Below, in pieces: positions 40,353 to 50,408 of a DNA stretch of 64,000 nt (its first letter is position 1; each line of letters begins with the position of its first letter). Under the pieces are notes generated by a model, which was not told the DNA's origin, ran no database searches, and worked only from the letters and a program-made list of their open reading frames with translations. Both the position numbers and the translations under genes were made by a program. This stretch comes from a virus. Where the stretch lies: the IMG/VR virus record IMGVR_UViG_3300044647_001784, positions 22,297-86,296 of that record, one strand, 5' to 3'.

Positions 40353-41324
40353 TTAGCCTACTACAACTACTCTGTATTCTCCAGCTGATGGAGCGGATGC
40401 AAAGTTGATTGTTACTGAATTAGCATTTGGCCTAAGAACATCTGCCTCAACTTGTGCATATGGTACGGCAGCTTCAAATATTTGAACTGTCACATCTGTT
40501 GTTCCTAAATTGTGTGTAATTGTATAAGATGTTGCAGATGCGCCTAAAGTCTGTGCGAACTTTCTTGCAATATCATGATAGTTTGATCCATTATTTGTTA
40601 ATGTCCATTTATCGGATGTTTCGTTCCATAGTATTTCTACATCTGATTCTGTTCCACGCTCTACTACTACTCCAGCATCTGTTGTTGGAGTTCCAGTAAA
40701 ATTGCTGTTAAGCTTTACTTTATTATCTTCAATGTTAATCTGTGTTGTATTTACAGAATTAACAGTTCCTATTACATTTAAATTTCCGCCAACTTGTAAG
40801 TTGCCAGCTATCTCAACATTGTCTGGCAAACCAATTGTTACTGCAGCATTATGTCCGCTATTTGGTGAAACAGTAACTTCATTTGCTGTTCCAACAATTG
40901 TTTCTACATAATCACCAGTTGTTTGTTCATCAAGTGGTATGATTAAGTCTACTTCGCCTGCGTTTGTAAGTCTACCTTGTGCATCTACTGTAAATGTAGG
41001 AACTTTCGTTGTTGATCCATAATCTCCAGCTGATACCGATGTATCATCTAAATCTATTGTTGTTGTGCCAGTTGAATCATTATAAGATTTTGTTAGACCA
41101 ACTCCGCCATTTATATATGAACCAATAGCATCTTGAATGACTTCTAGTGAACCAGATGTAGAGATCCACTCTGTACCATTCCAGAAGTACATAATGTTGT
41201 CTTGAGAATTGTAATAAATTTGACCTGATACTGGACTCGATGGAGCAGAACCTAAGTTTTGAATTCTAGCATTGAGTAACTCATTCTTGTTTAGATCAAC
41301 GCTAACTAAAAATTTTCTTGCCAT
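40353..41324 (-). CDS. Fibre/baseplate-associated protein
   Basis: 'GQIYYNS...FWNGTEW', 'VPTFTVDAQGRLT', 'ITHNLGTTDV'. Confidence 0.6.
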   Translation of the reverse strand: MARKFLVSVDLNKNELLNARIQNLGSAPSSPVSGQIYYNSQDNIMYFWNGTEWISTSGSLEVIQDAIGSYINGGVGLTKSYNDSTGTTTIDLDDTSVSAGDYGSTTKVPTFTVDAQGRLTNAGEVDLIIPLDEQTTGDYVETIVGTANEVTVSPNSGHNAAVTIGLPDNVEIAGNLQVGGNLNVIGTVNSVNTTQINIEDNKVKLNSNFTGTPTTDAGVVVERGTESDVEILWNETSDKWTLTNNGSNYHDIARKFAQTLGASATSYTITHNLGTTDVTVQIFEAAVPYAQVEADVLRPNANSVTINFASAPSAGEYRVVVVG

Positions 41325-41338
41325 TTTTTATCTCCTTT

Positions 41339-41776
41339 TTAGGACAGGTATGCTGTCCCCGAAAATGGCTGAGCCATTGTCAATGTTATTTGGTTAATAC
41401 TATTATAGTCTATTCCAGTTTCTAACAAGTCACCTGAACTTGACTTAACAGAAACATTAGGGTGAAATTGTAAATTATGGGTAATTGATACAGAATATAC
41501 TCCATTTACTGGGCCAGATATTTGGCTCATTTCCCAAGAGTACATATAGGAAACTTGCTTGTCTAAAATAAAGCTGCTGTCCACATCCCAAGAATCTGAG
41601 TCCAATGATTTTGGCCCCCAAAACCTTGTAGTTAATGTGTCAAAGTAAAAATCTCCTGGGGATCCTAATGAATTTGCTGGATTTCCTTCGCCACTTATTA
41701 TTGTTCTTCCAGGAGAGCCAGAAGCTCTTACTACTACTAGTGGATTATTTTCGGTTACTATTAGGCGGGTTGCCAT
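41339..41776 (-). CDS. Virion-associated protein
   Basis: 'LGSPGDFYFD...WGPK', 'ITHNL', 'FSGTAYLS'. Confidence 0.55.
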   Translation of the reverse strand: MATRLIVTENNPLVVVRASGSPGRTIISGEGNPANSLGSPGDFYFDTLTTRFWGPKSLDSDSWDVDSSFILDKQVSYMYSWEMSQISGPVNGVYSVSITHNLQFHPNVSVKSSSGDLLETGIDYNSINQITLTMAQPFSGTAYLS

Positions 41777-42120
41777 TATAAGGTTACCGCCCTATTCAAG
41801 GTTAGATATCCTTCTAGAAGTCTTGTTATATTAACGCTTGGGTCAATTAATACTAAATCATACGCCGATTTTGGATAAAAAAGTTTTTTAGTTCTTTCTG
41901 ATGAAACTGAAATAGAAAGCTTTCCCAATGATGGAGTTATTGTAATACCGTCTTGATCAGTTAGAGTGAATGCTAATTTTTTTCCACCTTGAGTATCTCT
42001 TACTTGCATTTTAGCGGTGTGGTGATTTAATTGTATAGGGACATTATCTTCGTCTAAGTATTGAACTTCAAACGTAAATGTGGTGTTTTCGTCTACTTGA
42101 AAATTTTTTTGCGCTGCCAT
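41776..42120 (-). CDS. Virion protein (BppU/LtfC-like beta-sandwich)
   Basis: 'AKMQVR', 'AYDLVL', 'RLLEG.L' pattern. Confidence 0.5.
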   Translation of the reverse strand: MAAQKNFQVDENTTFTFEVQYLDEDNVPIQLNHHTAKMQVRDTQGGKKLAFTLTDQDGITITPSLGKLSISVSSERTKKLFYPKSAYDLVLIDPSVNITRLLEGYLTLNRAVTL

Positions 42121-42187
42121 TTTATACCCCTAAAGAGAAATGCCCTTACACTATTTTAGCATAAGGGCATTCCTAATTGACTAATAA

Positions 42188-42430
42188 TTACTTAGACTTA
42201 AATCCGAAGCTGTGGTCGCTAGGCGACAAAGCCTTCAAAATAACTGGGGCAATTGCTGCAAATCCAGCAGCTACTAAATCTTTTGGATCTGTATTTCCAG
42301 TCATGTAAAGAGCCATTGCTGCGGCTAAAAATGCTCTTCCGTAAGAGCCTAGTGCAGATAAAATTTGTTCTTGCATAGTTACTTTCCCGTCTTTATTTAA
42401 ATCAGCTTTATCAAAATTTTTGATAGCCAT
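42188..42430 (-). CDS. Holin-like two-TM protein with N-terminal EF-hand motif
   Basis: Start at 42430 (GGAG RBS); DLNKDGKVTMQE; 'SYGRAFLAAAMALY', 'APVILKALSPSD..FG'. Confidence 0.6.
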   Translation of the reverse strand: MAIKNFDKADLNKDGKVTMQEQILSALGSYGRAFLAAAMALYMTGNTDPKDLVAAGFAAIAPVILKALSPSDHSFGFKSK

Positions 42431-42496
42431 ATTATCATCTCCATTTGGGCGGTGTTGCCCATGAATTTTGGTTTTACCCAATACTTAATTCTACCA

Positions 42497-44431
42497 CTAG
42501 GCAGATATATCTACAAGTTCGCAATTTCCGTCTGAACTGCAAGCCAAGGTGGCGTTTGTTGAAGTTCCATCTTCTGTTTCATAAAAAGAGAGATCTTCCC
42601 ACCTAATATTCTTTGGCATTTTAGATAAAAGCTCTTCATATTCTTCTTTTGAAATTTCTTGATAAGGTGCTTGCTTATATGTATGCTCTGAGTGTGGCAG
42701 GAAAGAAATTCCAGATACTTCATCAAAATTCTTGTATACCCAAGCTCCTACTTCCATCCACTCTTCTTCTTTTACTGAAACAGTAATAGAAGGCTTATGC
42801 TCACACCAAGCTCTTTGATAAACAAGCCAAATATTTAAGTGGTCAATTGCAGTTAAATCATTTCTAACAATTGCACCTTCTGGTGCTTTTACTGGGAACG
42901 AAAATACATATGTTTCATTAGGCTTCATTACATCATCTTCTACTGGTATTCCAACTTCTTTTAGGAAAACAGAAATTGGATCTCCTTTTGAACCACGGAC
43001 TGTGCGAACATAATATGGTGAATGCCATGGATGCATTCCTGAAGATACCCCGACCAATTGAGATACTGTTCCAGAAGGTTTTACGCATGTAATAGCTGCA
43101 GACTCAGGAATTCCAATTTTTTCAGCCTCTTCTTTATTAGTTTCACGAGCATACTCTCTTAAAGACATCAAGTAAGCTTCTAAAGCAACTATATCCTTCT
43201 TGCCAGACATAAACTTGTGTCCAAATTGTCCTGTCAAAGAAACACCAAGAAGTCTCTCTTCTTCTGTGTTATCTTTCCATATTTTTCTTAGGTACTTAAA
43301 ATCTGTAAGAGTTGACTGCCAGGTTCCAAGTATTGTTGCAAGCCTTACTTTATTTGCAATATCTTCTTTGGTGTCTTTCTCACGCAATACTACTTCTGAA
43401 AGATTGCAAAACTGATACGGACGAAGGATAATTTCAGAGCAAGGGTTTGTACCATAATGAATATCTGGATCTCTACGACCAAACTTCGCTGCTTGTGCTT
43501 GAGCTGCGGCTACGTTGTAAATACCACGTTCACCAGACTTTGAATCATAAAGAGATTTCCACTCTGCAATAAACTGTTCCATTTCTGGCTTTCTTGAATA
43601 TGCAACTGAGTTATTAGATAATGCTCGTTGTGTATTACCTTCCCACCAATTACCAGCCTTTGCTTGAGCCATTTCAATATCATTAATGTTTGACAGAGAA
43701 ATCATTGCAGATCTTCTTACTCCACCAACAACTACCACTTCACCAATCTTACACATAATGTCATGACATTCAATTGGTTTAAGATTTCTACCTGCTGCAT
43801 TTTTAAACTTAGCAATAGTAAAGTCAAAAAGATTTACTAGGGGCTGAGGACCAGAAGATCTACCACCCATTGTTTTTAATCTTGCACCAGCAGGTCTAAC
43901 TTTAGTTACATCAATTGCTGGAATATGTCCTGTCCAAAGAAGTGCTAATAGTTCACGATATGCTTTTGCCCATCCTTGCTTTGAATCTTCGACAACAATA
44001 ATAGTATCCGACTTCTCTAGTTTTTCTGGGACGGCAGGAAGCTTATTAATATACTTGTACTCAACTGAGAATCCTACACCAGTTCCGCACATAAGTACAT
44101 ACATTGTTTCATCAAATGATCTAGGTGAATCAACTGGCAAGAAAGCACAATTGTATCCTGCTACATTATCTCTTTCAAGTGCTACGCCAGAAGTCATTAC
44201 AGATCTCATTGATGGCATAACATTTCGTTCAAATACAAACTCTTTTAATTCCGCAACAAGCTTCTCATTTGGAATGTAATTATGGTTTTCTTTTAAGTGA
44301 TTGGTCATGAAAGAAAAATATCTATCTACCGTTTCTCCCCATGTTTCTCTACGTCCTTCTGCTTCTACCCATTTAGCATATCTTGATAGTGCAATAAAGT
44401 TTTCATAAGGATTTTCAATAGTATTTTTCAT
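42497..44431 (-). CDS. nrdJ: Ribonucleotide reductase class II (adenosylcobalamin-dependent, monomeric RTPR type)
   Basis: 'MPSMR', 'YNC', 'CGTGVGFSV', 'GGVRRSA', 'TNPCSEI', 'TCVKPSGTVSQL', C-terminal Cys pair; no beta subunit adjacent. Confidence 0.9.
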   Translation of the reverse strand: MKNTIENPYENFIALSRYAKWVEAEGRRETWGETVDRYFSFMTNHLKENHNYIPNEKLVAELKEFVFERNVMPSMRSVMTSGVALERDNVAGYNCAFLPVDSPRSFDETMYVLMCGTGVGFSVEYKYINKLPAVPEKLEKSDTIIVVEDSKQGWAKAYRELLALLWTGHIPAIDVTKVRPAGARLKTMGGRSSGPQPLVNLFDFTIAKFKNAAGRNLKPIECHDIMCKIGEVVVVGGVRRSAMISLSNINDIEMAQAKAGNWWEGNTQRALSNNSVAYSRKPEMEQFIAEWKSLYDSKSGERGIYNVAAAQAQAAKFGRRDPDIHYGTNPCSEIILRPYQFCNLSEVVLREKDTKEDIANKVRLATILGTWQSTLTDFKYLRKIWKDNTEEERLLGVSLTGQFGHKFMSGKKDIVALEAYLMSLREYARETNKEEAEKIGIPESAAITCVKPSGTVSQLVGVSSGMHPWHSPYYVRTVRGSKGDPISVFLKEVGIPVEDDVMKPNETYVFSFPVKAPEGAIVRNDLTAIDHLNIWLVYQRAWCEHKPSITVSVKEEEWMEVGAWVYKNFDEVSGISFLPHSEHTYKQAPYQEISKEEYEELLSKMPKNIRWEDLSFYETEDGTSTNATLACSSDGNCELVDISA

Positions 44432-44728
44432 TTGTCGCCTTTTCTTCCGCCATACGGATTGATTAATTTTTAAGTGAAGTCTAAGTGTACCAAAGTTTTT
44501 TATAAAAGAAAAGAAAAATTATTTTTGTTGTTGTTTTTTAGTTAACTATAATATATAATACTTTATATATACATATATATAATATATGTTGATTTTTGTT
44601 GATTTGCTGACCCCCCGACCCCCCTATTGGAATTATACTATTTACATATTCTTTGTCAATAGCAAAACCATTTGACATGTTCTTTATTACAATGGTATGA
44701 TTATACTTCGCTATCTCTAAAGGAGGAA

Positions 44729-45283
44729 ATGCCAATGGAGAATATAAAAGAAAGTTTGAGTAGTGTTGTTCATCACTGGACAGCAATTGCAGTAGCAACA
44801 ATGTTTTTGTTTTCAAACAGCAATACTGTTGCACTAGCTCAAGCAGAAATAGTAAAACCAAAGACAGAAGTACAACTTAAGAAAGAAACCTTAGAAAAGT
44901 ACAGCAATACTGTTTATAAGCCTTCAGAAATGCTTACAGACGCAGAACTAATAGAACTGTTGTCTACAGTAGGATTTGAAGGAAAAGCCCTTAAAACGGC
45001 TTGGGCTATTGCAAAGCGGGAGTCTAACGGACGACCATTAGCTTACAATGGTAACAGAGCAACTGGAGACAGTTCTTACGGAATTTTTCAGATCAACATG
45101 TTGGGTAACCTCGGAGTAGATCGTAAAGAAAAATTTAACTTGAAGTCAAACGAGTCGTTGTTTGACCCAACTAAAAATGCAGAGATAGCGTATTACATGA
45201 CCAATGGCGGTACTGATTGGTCTGCTTGGAAGGGTTTAACCCCAAGAGCAATGGAATTTTATTTAAAATTTCCTGATAACTAG
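44729..45283 (+). CDS. Lysozyme-like lytic transglycosylase with N-terminal hydrophobic segment
   Basis: AGGAGG RBS; 'AIAKRESNG', 'SYGIFQINM', 'LFDPTKNAEIA', 'WSAW'; upstream TTGACA-N18-TATGAT. Confidence 0.8.
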   Translation: MPMENIKESLSSVVHHWTAIAVATMFLFSNSNTVALAQAEIVKPKTEVQLKKETLEKYSNTVYKPSEMLTDAELIELLSTVGFEGKALKTAWAIAKRESNGRPLAYNGNRATGDSSYGIFQINMLGNLGVDRKEKFNLKSNESLFDPTKNAEIAYYMTNGGTDWSAWKGLTPRAMEFYLKFPDN

Positions 45284-45295
45284 AAAGGGTATATA

Positions 45296-45508
45296 GTGAA
45301 GATACAATATGTGTCTACGTATATAAACCTTTCTCTAGAAGGCCTTGTTCCTAAGCTTTTATGCCCACAGGATCAAGGTCTTCTATTTTGTAATGGGGAC
45401 GGGGAGTCGGAAATATATCTTTACTGTTTAGAGTGTAAATATAAAAACACTTTGGGTTTACAAAAGTATGACGATATAGTAAGATTAGTAGATGAACAAA
45501 CAAAGTGA
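45296..45508 (+). CDS. Small putative Zn-binding protein
   Basis: CPQD...CLEC; GAAAGG RBS. Confidence 0.55.
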   Translation: MKIQYVSTYINLSLEGLVPKLLCPQDQGLLFCNGDGESEIYLYCLECKYKNTLGLQKYDDIVRLVDEQTK

Positions 45509-45567
45509 TTTTGAGTCATCCATACTTTCTGAAACAGATGCTATGGGAAGAGAAATTTGGTGGACAG

Positions 45568-45780
45568 ATGCAGGAAGACCCTCAGATCCAACAAAATAAT
45601 TTGGAAGACAACCTTCCAATGGTCACATATATTATGCTACACAGAATATATGATTTGCTAAGCCTAATAGCTAGTAAAGTTGCGGATCCAAAAGAAGTAG
45701 AAAAAATGATTGAATACCATGAGGCGGGATATTTGTTAGGCCCAGTTCCGTCTTTTAACCCAGGAGAAGATAATGAATAA
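45568..45780 (+). CDS. Hypothetical protein
   Basis: ORF track, start moved to ATG 45568. Confidence 0.5.
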   Translation: MQEDPQIQQNNLEDNLPMVTYIMLHRIYDLLSLIASKVADPKEVEKMIEYHEAGYLLGPVPSFNPGEDNE

Positions 45781-45955
45781 ACAAGAGCTTTTAACATTTA
45801 TGATATTAGAATTTGAAAATGCAAACAAACAGGCAATGATTGGCAGCGGAATAACAGAGCAAGAAGCGGACAGCAAGAATGAGGAGTACAGGCTTTCTAT
45901 AAGCATGCTACTTGCACAGGTTGTAGACAAAATGTTCGAAAAAAATATACTCTAG
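45773..45955 (+). CDS. Hypothetical protein
   Basis: ORF track; GGAG RBS. Confidence 0.5.
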   Translation: MNKQELLTFMILEFENANKQAMIGSGITEQEADSKNEEYRLSISMLLAQVVDKMFEKNIL

Positions 45956-46239
45956 ATATTGCTTTTTAAAAACAATTCTTGTACTATAGATTTACGCTAG
46001 TTGAGTCAATCCTGGCGTATGCATGAAAATGCAAGTAAGCCCCTGGATCCGCCTCCAGGGGCTTACGCATGCTATAATATAGATATTATGACAAGAGACT
46101 ACTTTGCAAAATATATGCTTAGCCCTCAATTTCAGCAGGACGAAAATAATAAAGAGGAGCATAAAAAAGTTTGTCAGAAATGTCGAGATGGAATTATTAA
46201 ATTTTACTTTAAAAAGATTATTGGGAGGAATAAAAAATA

Positions 46240-47100
46240 ATGTTTTATGATAGAGAAGATTGTATCAAAGTTTCTTTTTTCCCCGATGATTATGGTACAC
46301 AGAGTGGAGTATTTTTATTTAAAGGGTTTTACACTGACGAAGAATGTAAAGTTGTAGAAGATGCTTTAAAAAACTACGACAAGGGAATGAAGCATAAAGA
46401 CACCCTTATAAGCTGGTATTCAGAGAAGGTTAGCCCAGTAATACCAGGACTTTTTGATCTTTGGGAAAAAGCAAGCGAGATGCTTTACCCAGACTATGTA
46501 ATACATCCTCAAGCAAACGTATTGATAATAACCCCAGAGATGAATGAAGGAATGTTTACGCATTCAGATTCTCCAGGTAAGGGAGAATGTCATAGACTTT
46601 CTCAGGTAGATGTATGGAAGACCTGTTGCGACTTAGACTTTGGCCTAGTTGCTTATTTTGGCGACTTTGAAGGCGGAGAAATATTTTATGTAAACATAGA
46701 TAAAGACGGAAACAGGAACCCAGCCGTAGATACGCAAAATAGATTATCTATAAAACCAGAAAGAGGCGACTTAGTTATACACGGAGCCTTTGATCCGCAT
46801 TCACATGGAGTTATGCCAGTTTCAAAAGGAAAGCGATATGCTTTTTCAAACTTTGTATTAAAGGCAGAAGATAACCCTGGTACATTTCATAATTATAAGA
46901 GCCCAGAGTATTATAGTGAGCTCGTAGATAGAGAGTCTCCAGACTTTAATGAGTTTATAAAAAAGTGGCTTAAGCCGCTGAAAGAAAATCCACAATTTAC
47001 TCCAGAAAGAATTAAAGAGTATCAAGCTTCAGGGCTAGAGGGAACAGAATTATCAGATAAGTTTATGGGTGAGTTCAAAGAGCACAAAGGAGAAAACTAA
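46240..47100 (+). CDS. 2OG-Fe(II) oxygenase
   Basis: HSD ... YFGDFEGGEIFY ... HGV ... GKRY. Confidence 0.82.
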   Translation: MFYDREDCIKVSFFPDDYGTQSGVFLFKGFYTDEECKVVEDALKNYDKGMKHKDTLISWYSEKVSPVIPGLFDLWEKASEMLYPDYVIHPQANVLIITPEMNEGMFTHSDSPGKGECHRLSQVDVWKTCCDLDFGLVAYFGDFEGGEIFYVNIDKDGNRNPAVDTQNRLSIKPERGDLVIHGAFDPHSHGVMPVSKGKRYAFSNFVLKAEDNPGTFHNYKSPEYYSELVDRESPDFNEFIKKWLKPLKENPQFTPERIKEYQASGLEGTELSDKFMGEFKEHKGEN

Positions 47101-47646
47101 ATGCTTAAAGAAATAAATACTGGTATATATTCCTGGAAAAATTATGTTCCTAAAAGCACACTAGACTACTATCAAAGCCTTTTAGACAATTTATCTGAAG
47201 ACAGCTGGTATATCCACTGTAATGTCGATGCTGGCGATATATCTGGAAAATTTTTAGATGGCAAGCTAAGTTTTGATATTGTAGAAAGGCCTTTTCTAAA
47301 TGAGCTTATAGATCTTTTTGGCCCAGATAAAATGTGGATATACTGCCATGGTAATTTTTTAAGGCTAAAGACTGGAGAAGGCTCAGGTAGAGAAGATAGT
47401 TATACAAAAATACTTAGTGGCTATGCTCCGTTTATTCAAAAAAAGATTGCAATATACATGAGTGAATTTTCTGGCGGTGAGATAGTTTTCCCTGAAATAA
47501 ATTTTGAATATAAGCCAGAGGCTGGAGAGCTTCTTGTGTTTGACATAGATAGTAAATTAGATCATTATACTAAACCTGTTACATCTGGAACTAGATACGT
47601 CTATATGGACTATGTAATTCAGCATCCAGGTTATTATATGCCTTAA
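47101..47646 (+). CDS. 2OG-Fe(II) oxygenase-like protein, HxD motif not evident
   Basis: 'EFSGGEIVFPE..KPEAGELLVF..HYTKPVTSGTRY' present, but no HxD at the expected place. Confidence 0.65.
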   Translation: MLKEINTGIYSWKNYVPKSTLDYYQSLLDNLSEDSWYIHCNVDAGDISGKFLDGKLSFDIVERPFLNELIDLFGPDKMWIYCHGNFLRLKTGEGSGREDSYTKILSGYAPFIQKKIAIYMSEFSGGEIVFPEINFEYKPEAGELLVFDIDSKLDHYTKPVTSGTRYVYMDYVIQHPGYYMP

Positions 47647-47700
47647 AGTGCGAAAAAAGTGCGCCGCGAGAGAAGCATATTTTAGTCAACTGTAATATAT

Positions 47701-47716
47701 GGTTTCACGTGGAACA
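47701..47716. promoter_or_regulatory. parS-like site (ParB loading site)
   Basis: GGTTTCACGTGGAACA, 14/16 match to TGTTTCACGTGAAACA; intergenic. Confidence 0.7.
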
Positions 47717-48034
47717 TATAATCCACATGCCCAACTATCTGAAATACCCCTTATAAAGCCCGTAGAGGCTCTCTAAGCCTTTACTAGGCTTTTGCCTACC
47801 CAAGGGCGGGAGAGGGCCAAAAAGTCCCTTTACGACGATATCTTTTATTGTCCCAAGTATAATCAATAGGACGTATATATATCAAGGTATTATATAGACT
47901 CATCTTCGTCATCGACATCAAAGATATCTCTAATCCCGCCGATTTTTTCAATTATCTGAGAAAAGAATATACTTGCAGAAAAGAATAATAGCGTAGGTAT
48001 CATAACCATTTTAAGATACTTCTTCATATATATC

Positions 48035-48709
48035 CTAGTCAACTGCAATTATGCTAAGTTTATCTGCGAACAATTTCCAGATCTTTGCCATATGCTCAGG
48101 CTTTAATCCATCTACTGGATGTGGAGCATCTGTATGAGTCATAGATGGAGTTAGCTCAGGTACCCCTAATGTATCTAAGATATCTTGTTGAGTAATTATT
48201 ACTTCAAATCCCGCTTCTTTTGAATACTTGTGTAATGCAGCCAAGAACTCTCTATTCTGATCTATTCGCTGCTCATGTGTGTAGTAAGGACTAATTCCTT
48301 CATGCTTTAGCAGCATCTCAGTAAACTGAGGCAATGGCTCTATAATCACAACACGAGAGTTAGGAAAGTTTAACTTAATATTGTCGATAAATGCTTTTAC
48401 TGTAGCATCTGCATTTTTATACTTAGGTAGAAATGTCCTAGTGTCAACATACCCCATCCATAAAGCCAATACTCCATCATCTTTAATTATTGAGAATGGT
48501 TGTGAGGTATGATTAACAGTTCTAGCAATTTCTACCCCAGAAGACATCTCGTCTTCTTCCCGCATTTGCTCAACACTAAATCCATGCATCTTCTTAGCAG
48601 CTTTAGGCCAAGGTATAAAAGTAACATCATGCTTTTCTGGATAGTAGTGCTCAATTGCTCTAGACAGATGACAATCACTAATCATATATACATTTTTCAT
48701 TTTATTCAA
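48035..48709 (-). CDS. SGNH/GDSL-fold-like protein
   Basis: 'YMISDCH' (block I-like), 'MGYVD', C-terminal 'DGLKP'; catalytic residues diverged. Confidence 0.45.
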   Translation of the reverse strand: MNKMKNVYMISDCHLSRAIEHYYPEKHDVTFIPWPKAAKKMHGFSVEQMREEDEMSSGVEIARTVNHTSQPFSIIKDDGVLALWMGYVDTRTFLPKYKNADATVKAFIDNIKLNFPNSRVVIIEPLPQFTEMLLKHEGISPYYTHEQRIDQNREFLAALHKYSKEAGFEVIITQQDILDTLGVPELTPSMTHTDAPHPVDGLKPEHMAKIWKLFADKLSIIAVD

Positions 48710-49247
48710 ATACCTTTCCTACTGCAGCATATTGTTTTGTAAGAAAATCTTTTAGGATATTATTTTCCATAAAGATAATAGAAACCTTATTTTCTAAATT
48801 TTGTACAGAATGATCCTGATGTTTTTTGAACCATACAACGTCTCCAGCATTTAATATAAATTTTGTTTCAGAACCTTTTGTTGGATTGTCATACATAGTC
48901 CACTCTGATTTTCCCATGCATTGCCAATGTATTACATCAGCTTCATCTGAATGCCTAGTTGTTGGGCTACCACCACCAGCTCCTTCTAGAAGCAAAAGTG
49001 TAGTCTGTACATTATAGACACTAGAGCACTCTTTATAAAAATTATCTACAGTCTTATCTTCAAAAAAATATTGAGGAGCTATTTTCATAGACCCTAAAGG
49101 CTTTCCGTCCTCACTATTTGTTACATCTTCTTGTGTTTTATATGCTTTATAAAATAAAGAAATATCTGGTGGAGTTGCATAATTTCTAAAAATTATATGC
49201 TTATTTAACTCAAGTTCAGCAAGTGCTTCTTTAGATTTAATATTCAT
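48702..49247 (-). CDS. JmjC/cupin-type oxygenase
   Basis: 'HSDEADVIHWQCMGKSEW...LNAGDVVWF...HSV'. Confidence 0.7.
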   Translation of the reverse strand: MNIKSKEALAELELNKHIIFRNYATPPDISLFYKAYKTQEDVTNSEDGKPLGSMKIAPQYFFEDKTVDNFYKECSSVYNVQTTLLLLEGAGGGSPTTRHSDEADVIHWQCMGKSEWTMYDNPTKGSETKFILNAGDVVWFKKHQDHSVQNLENKVSIIFMENNILKDFLTKQYAAVGKVFE

Positions 49248-49248
49248 T

Positions 49249-49863
49249 TTATAATCCTTTTGCGTCCAGATTAGCTTTTAGACCTGAGTAAATTTCCCAT
49301 GCCTCCCAGTTGTCCTGAGCATAAGATTTTTTTACTAGATCGTCTATAATTTTCCTTGCTTCTGTTGTTTCACGAGGCCTTCTGTTTCTATTATTTTTTA
49401 AATCAATTTGATAAAATATGTCTTTAATTAAAACTTCTTCAACAATAGGGCTAATGCCAAAGTATTCCGCAACTTCTTTTATAAACTGATTATGGTTTTG
49501 CGTAACAAATTCAAAGCTAAATAACTTTATGTTGTCTATTGCCTCTATATCTTTGAAAAAATTTATGTACTCTCTAGAATGAGAATCTATTGTTAAAACA
49601 ACAGCTTGAGTATCTTTTATATCGAGGAGTTCTGCTTTTTTGTTATCGAAGTCTCTGTGCCCAGATGTGTTAATCCATCTTTCTGCACCAGATGCAATAG
49701 CATCATATGGATTTCTAATAATTGCAATCTGCTTAGCACTTTCATCTATTTCTGATCGTATATGCTTGCCGCCAATTGCTCGTTCCTTAAATGCTATGTT
49801 GAGTGCCTCTACAGCAAAGTTCATCCCTGAGCCTGCTGGGCTTACTACTACTATTTTGTTCAT
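49249..49863 (-). CDS. Sulfotransferase-fold protein
   Basis: 'SPAGSGMNF' and 'IIRNPYDAIAS' resemble the two PAPS-binding motifs. Confidence 0.55.
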   Translation of the reverse strand: MNKIVVVSPAGSGMNFAVEALNIAFKERAIGGKHIRSEIDESAKQIAIIRNPYDAIASGAERWINTSGHRDFDNKKAELLDIKDTQAVVLTIDSHSREYINFFKDIEAIDNIKLFSFEFVTQNHNQFIKEVAEYFGISPIVEEVLIKDIFYQIDLKNNRNRRPRETTEARKIIDDLVKKSYAQDNWEAWEIYSGLKANLDAKGL

Positions 49864-49889
49864 AATATTATTATACTCTTTTTATATTG

Positions 49890-49962
49890 TAGGGATACTG
49901 GGACTTGAACCCAGACTCTATTGTATATAAGACAAGTGCTTTCACCATTAAGCTATATCCCC
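49890..49962 (-). tRNA. tRNA-Ile (anticodon UAU)
   Basis: GGGGATA acceptor; D-arm GCTT/AAGC; loop CT-TAT-AT; T-arm CTGGG-TTCAAGT-CCCAG; CCA not encoded. Confidence 0.85.
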
Positions 49963-50408
49963 TAGTTTGTATAGACTTGCAGAAGTATTCCGCATATACA
50001 TACTAGGATTGATATTACACCTATCCAAAATATAGTTTTCATTTTCCGCCCTTTATTAGCTTATTGATGCAACTAACGCAAAAGTTTTCTAGTACGCCTT
50101 TTGAGTTTAATCTTTCAACGTATTTTGGTCTATCACAGAAGTTGCATTTCATAATTTAAGTATATCATATTTTTAGTTGACTGCTATTTGAGATCTTACA
50201 AAATGTTAATAAATTTTTAATATGTATGATACACATATTTGAAATGTCCGTTTTGTCTGCATAGTCCGCACATATGTTTAAGGGCTTGAGCGTGAGTGTG
50301 ATGGACCTCACAAAAGTTTTTTGACGACACGCCCGAGAAACGGGCATAAATGTCAGTCCCCCCTGCTATGCTTAAGGTATAACAAAAACAAACGAAAGGG
50401 GTCACACA

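Noticed and set aside
289-44279. Numerous + strand ORFs opposite the structural genes
   Set aside because: Antisense shadows of long - strand genes, without RBS or recognisable motifs.
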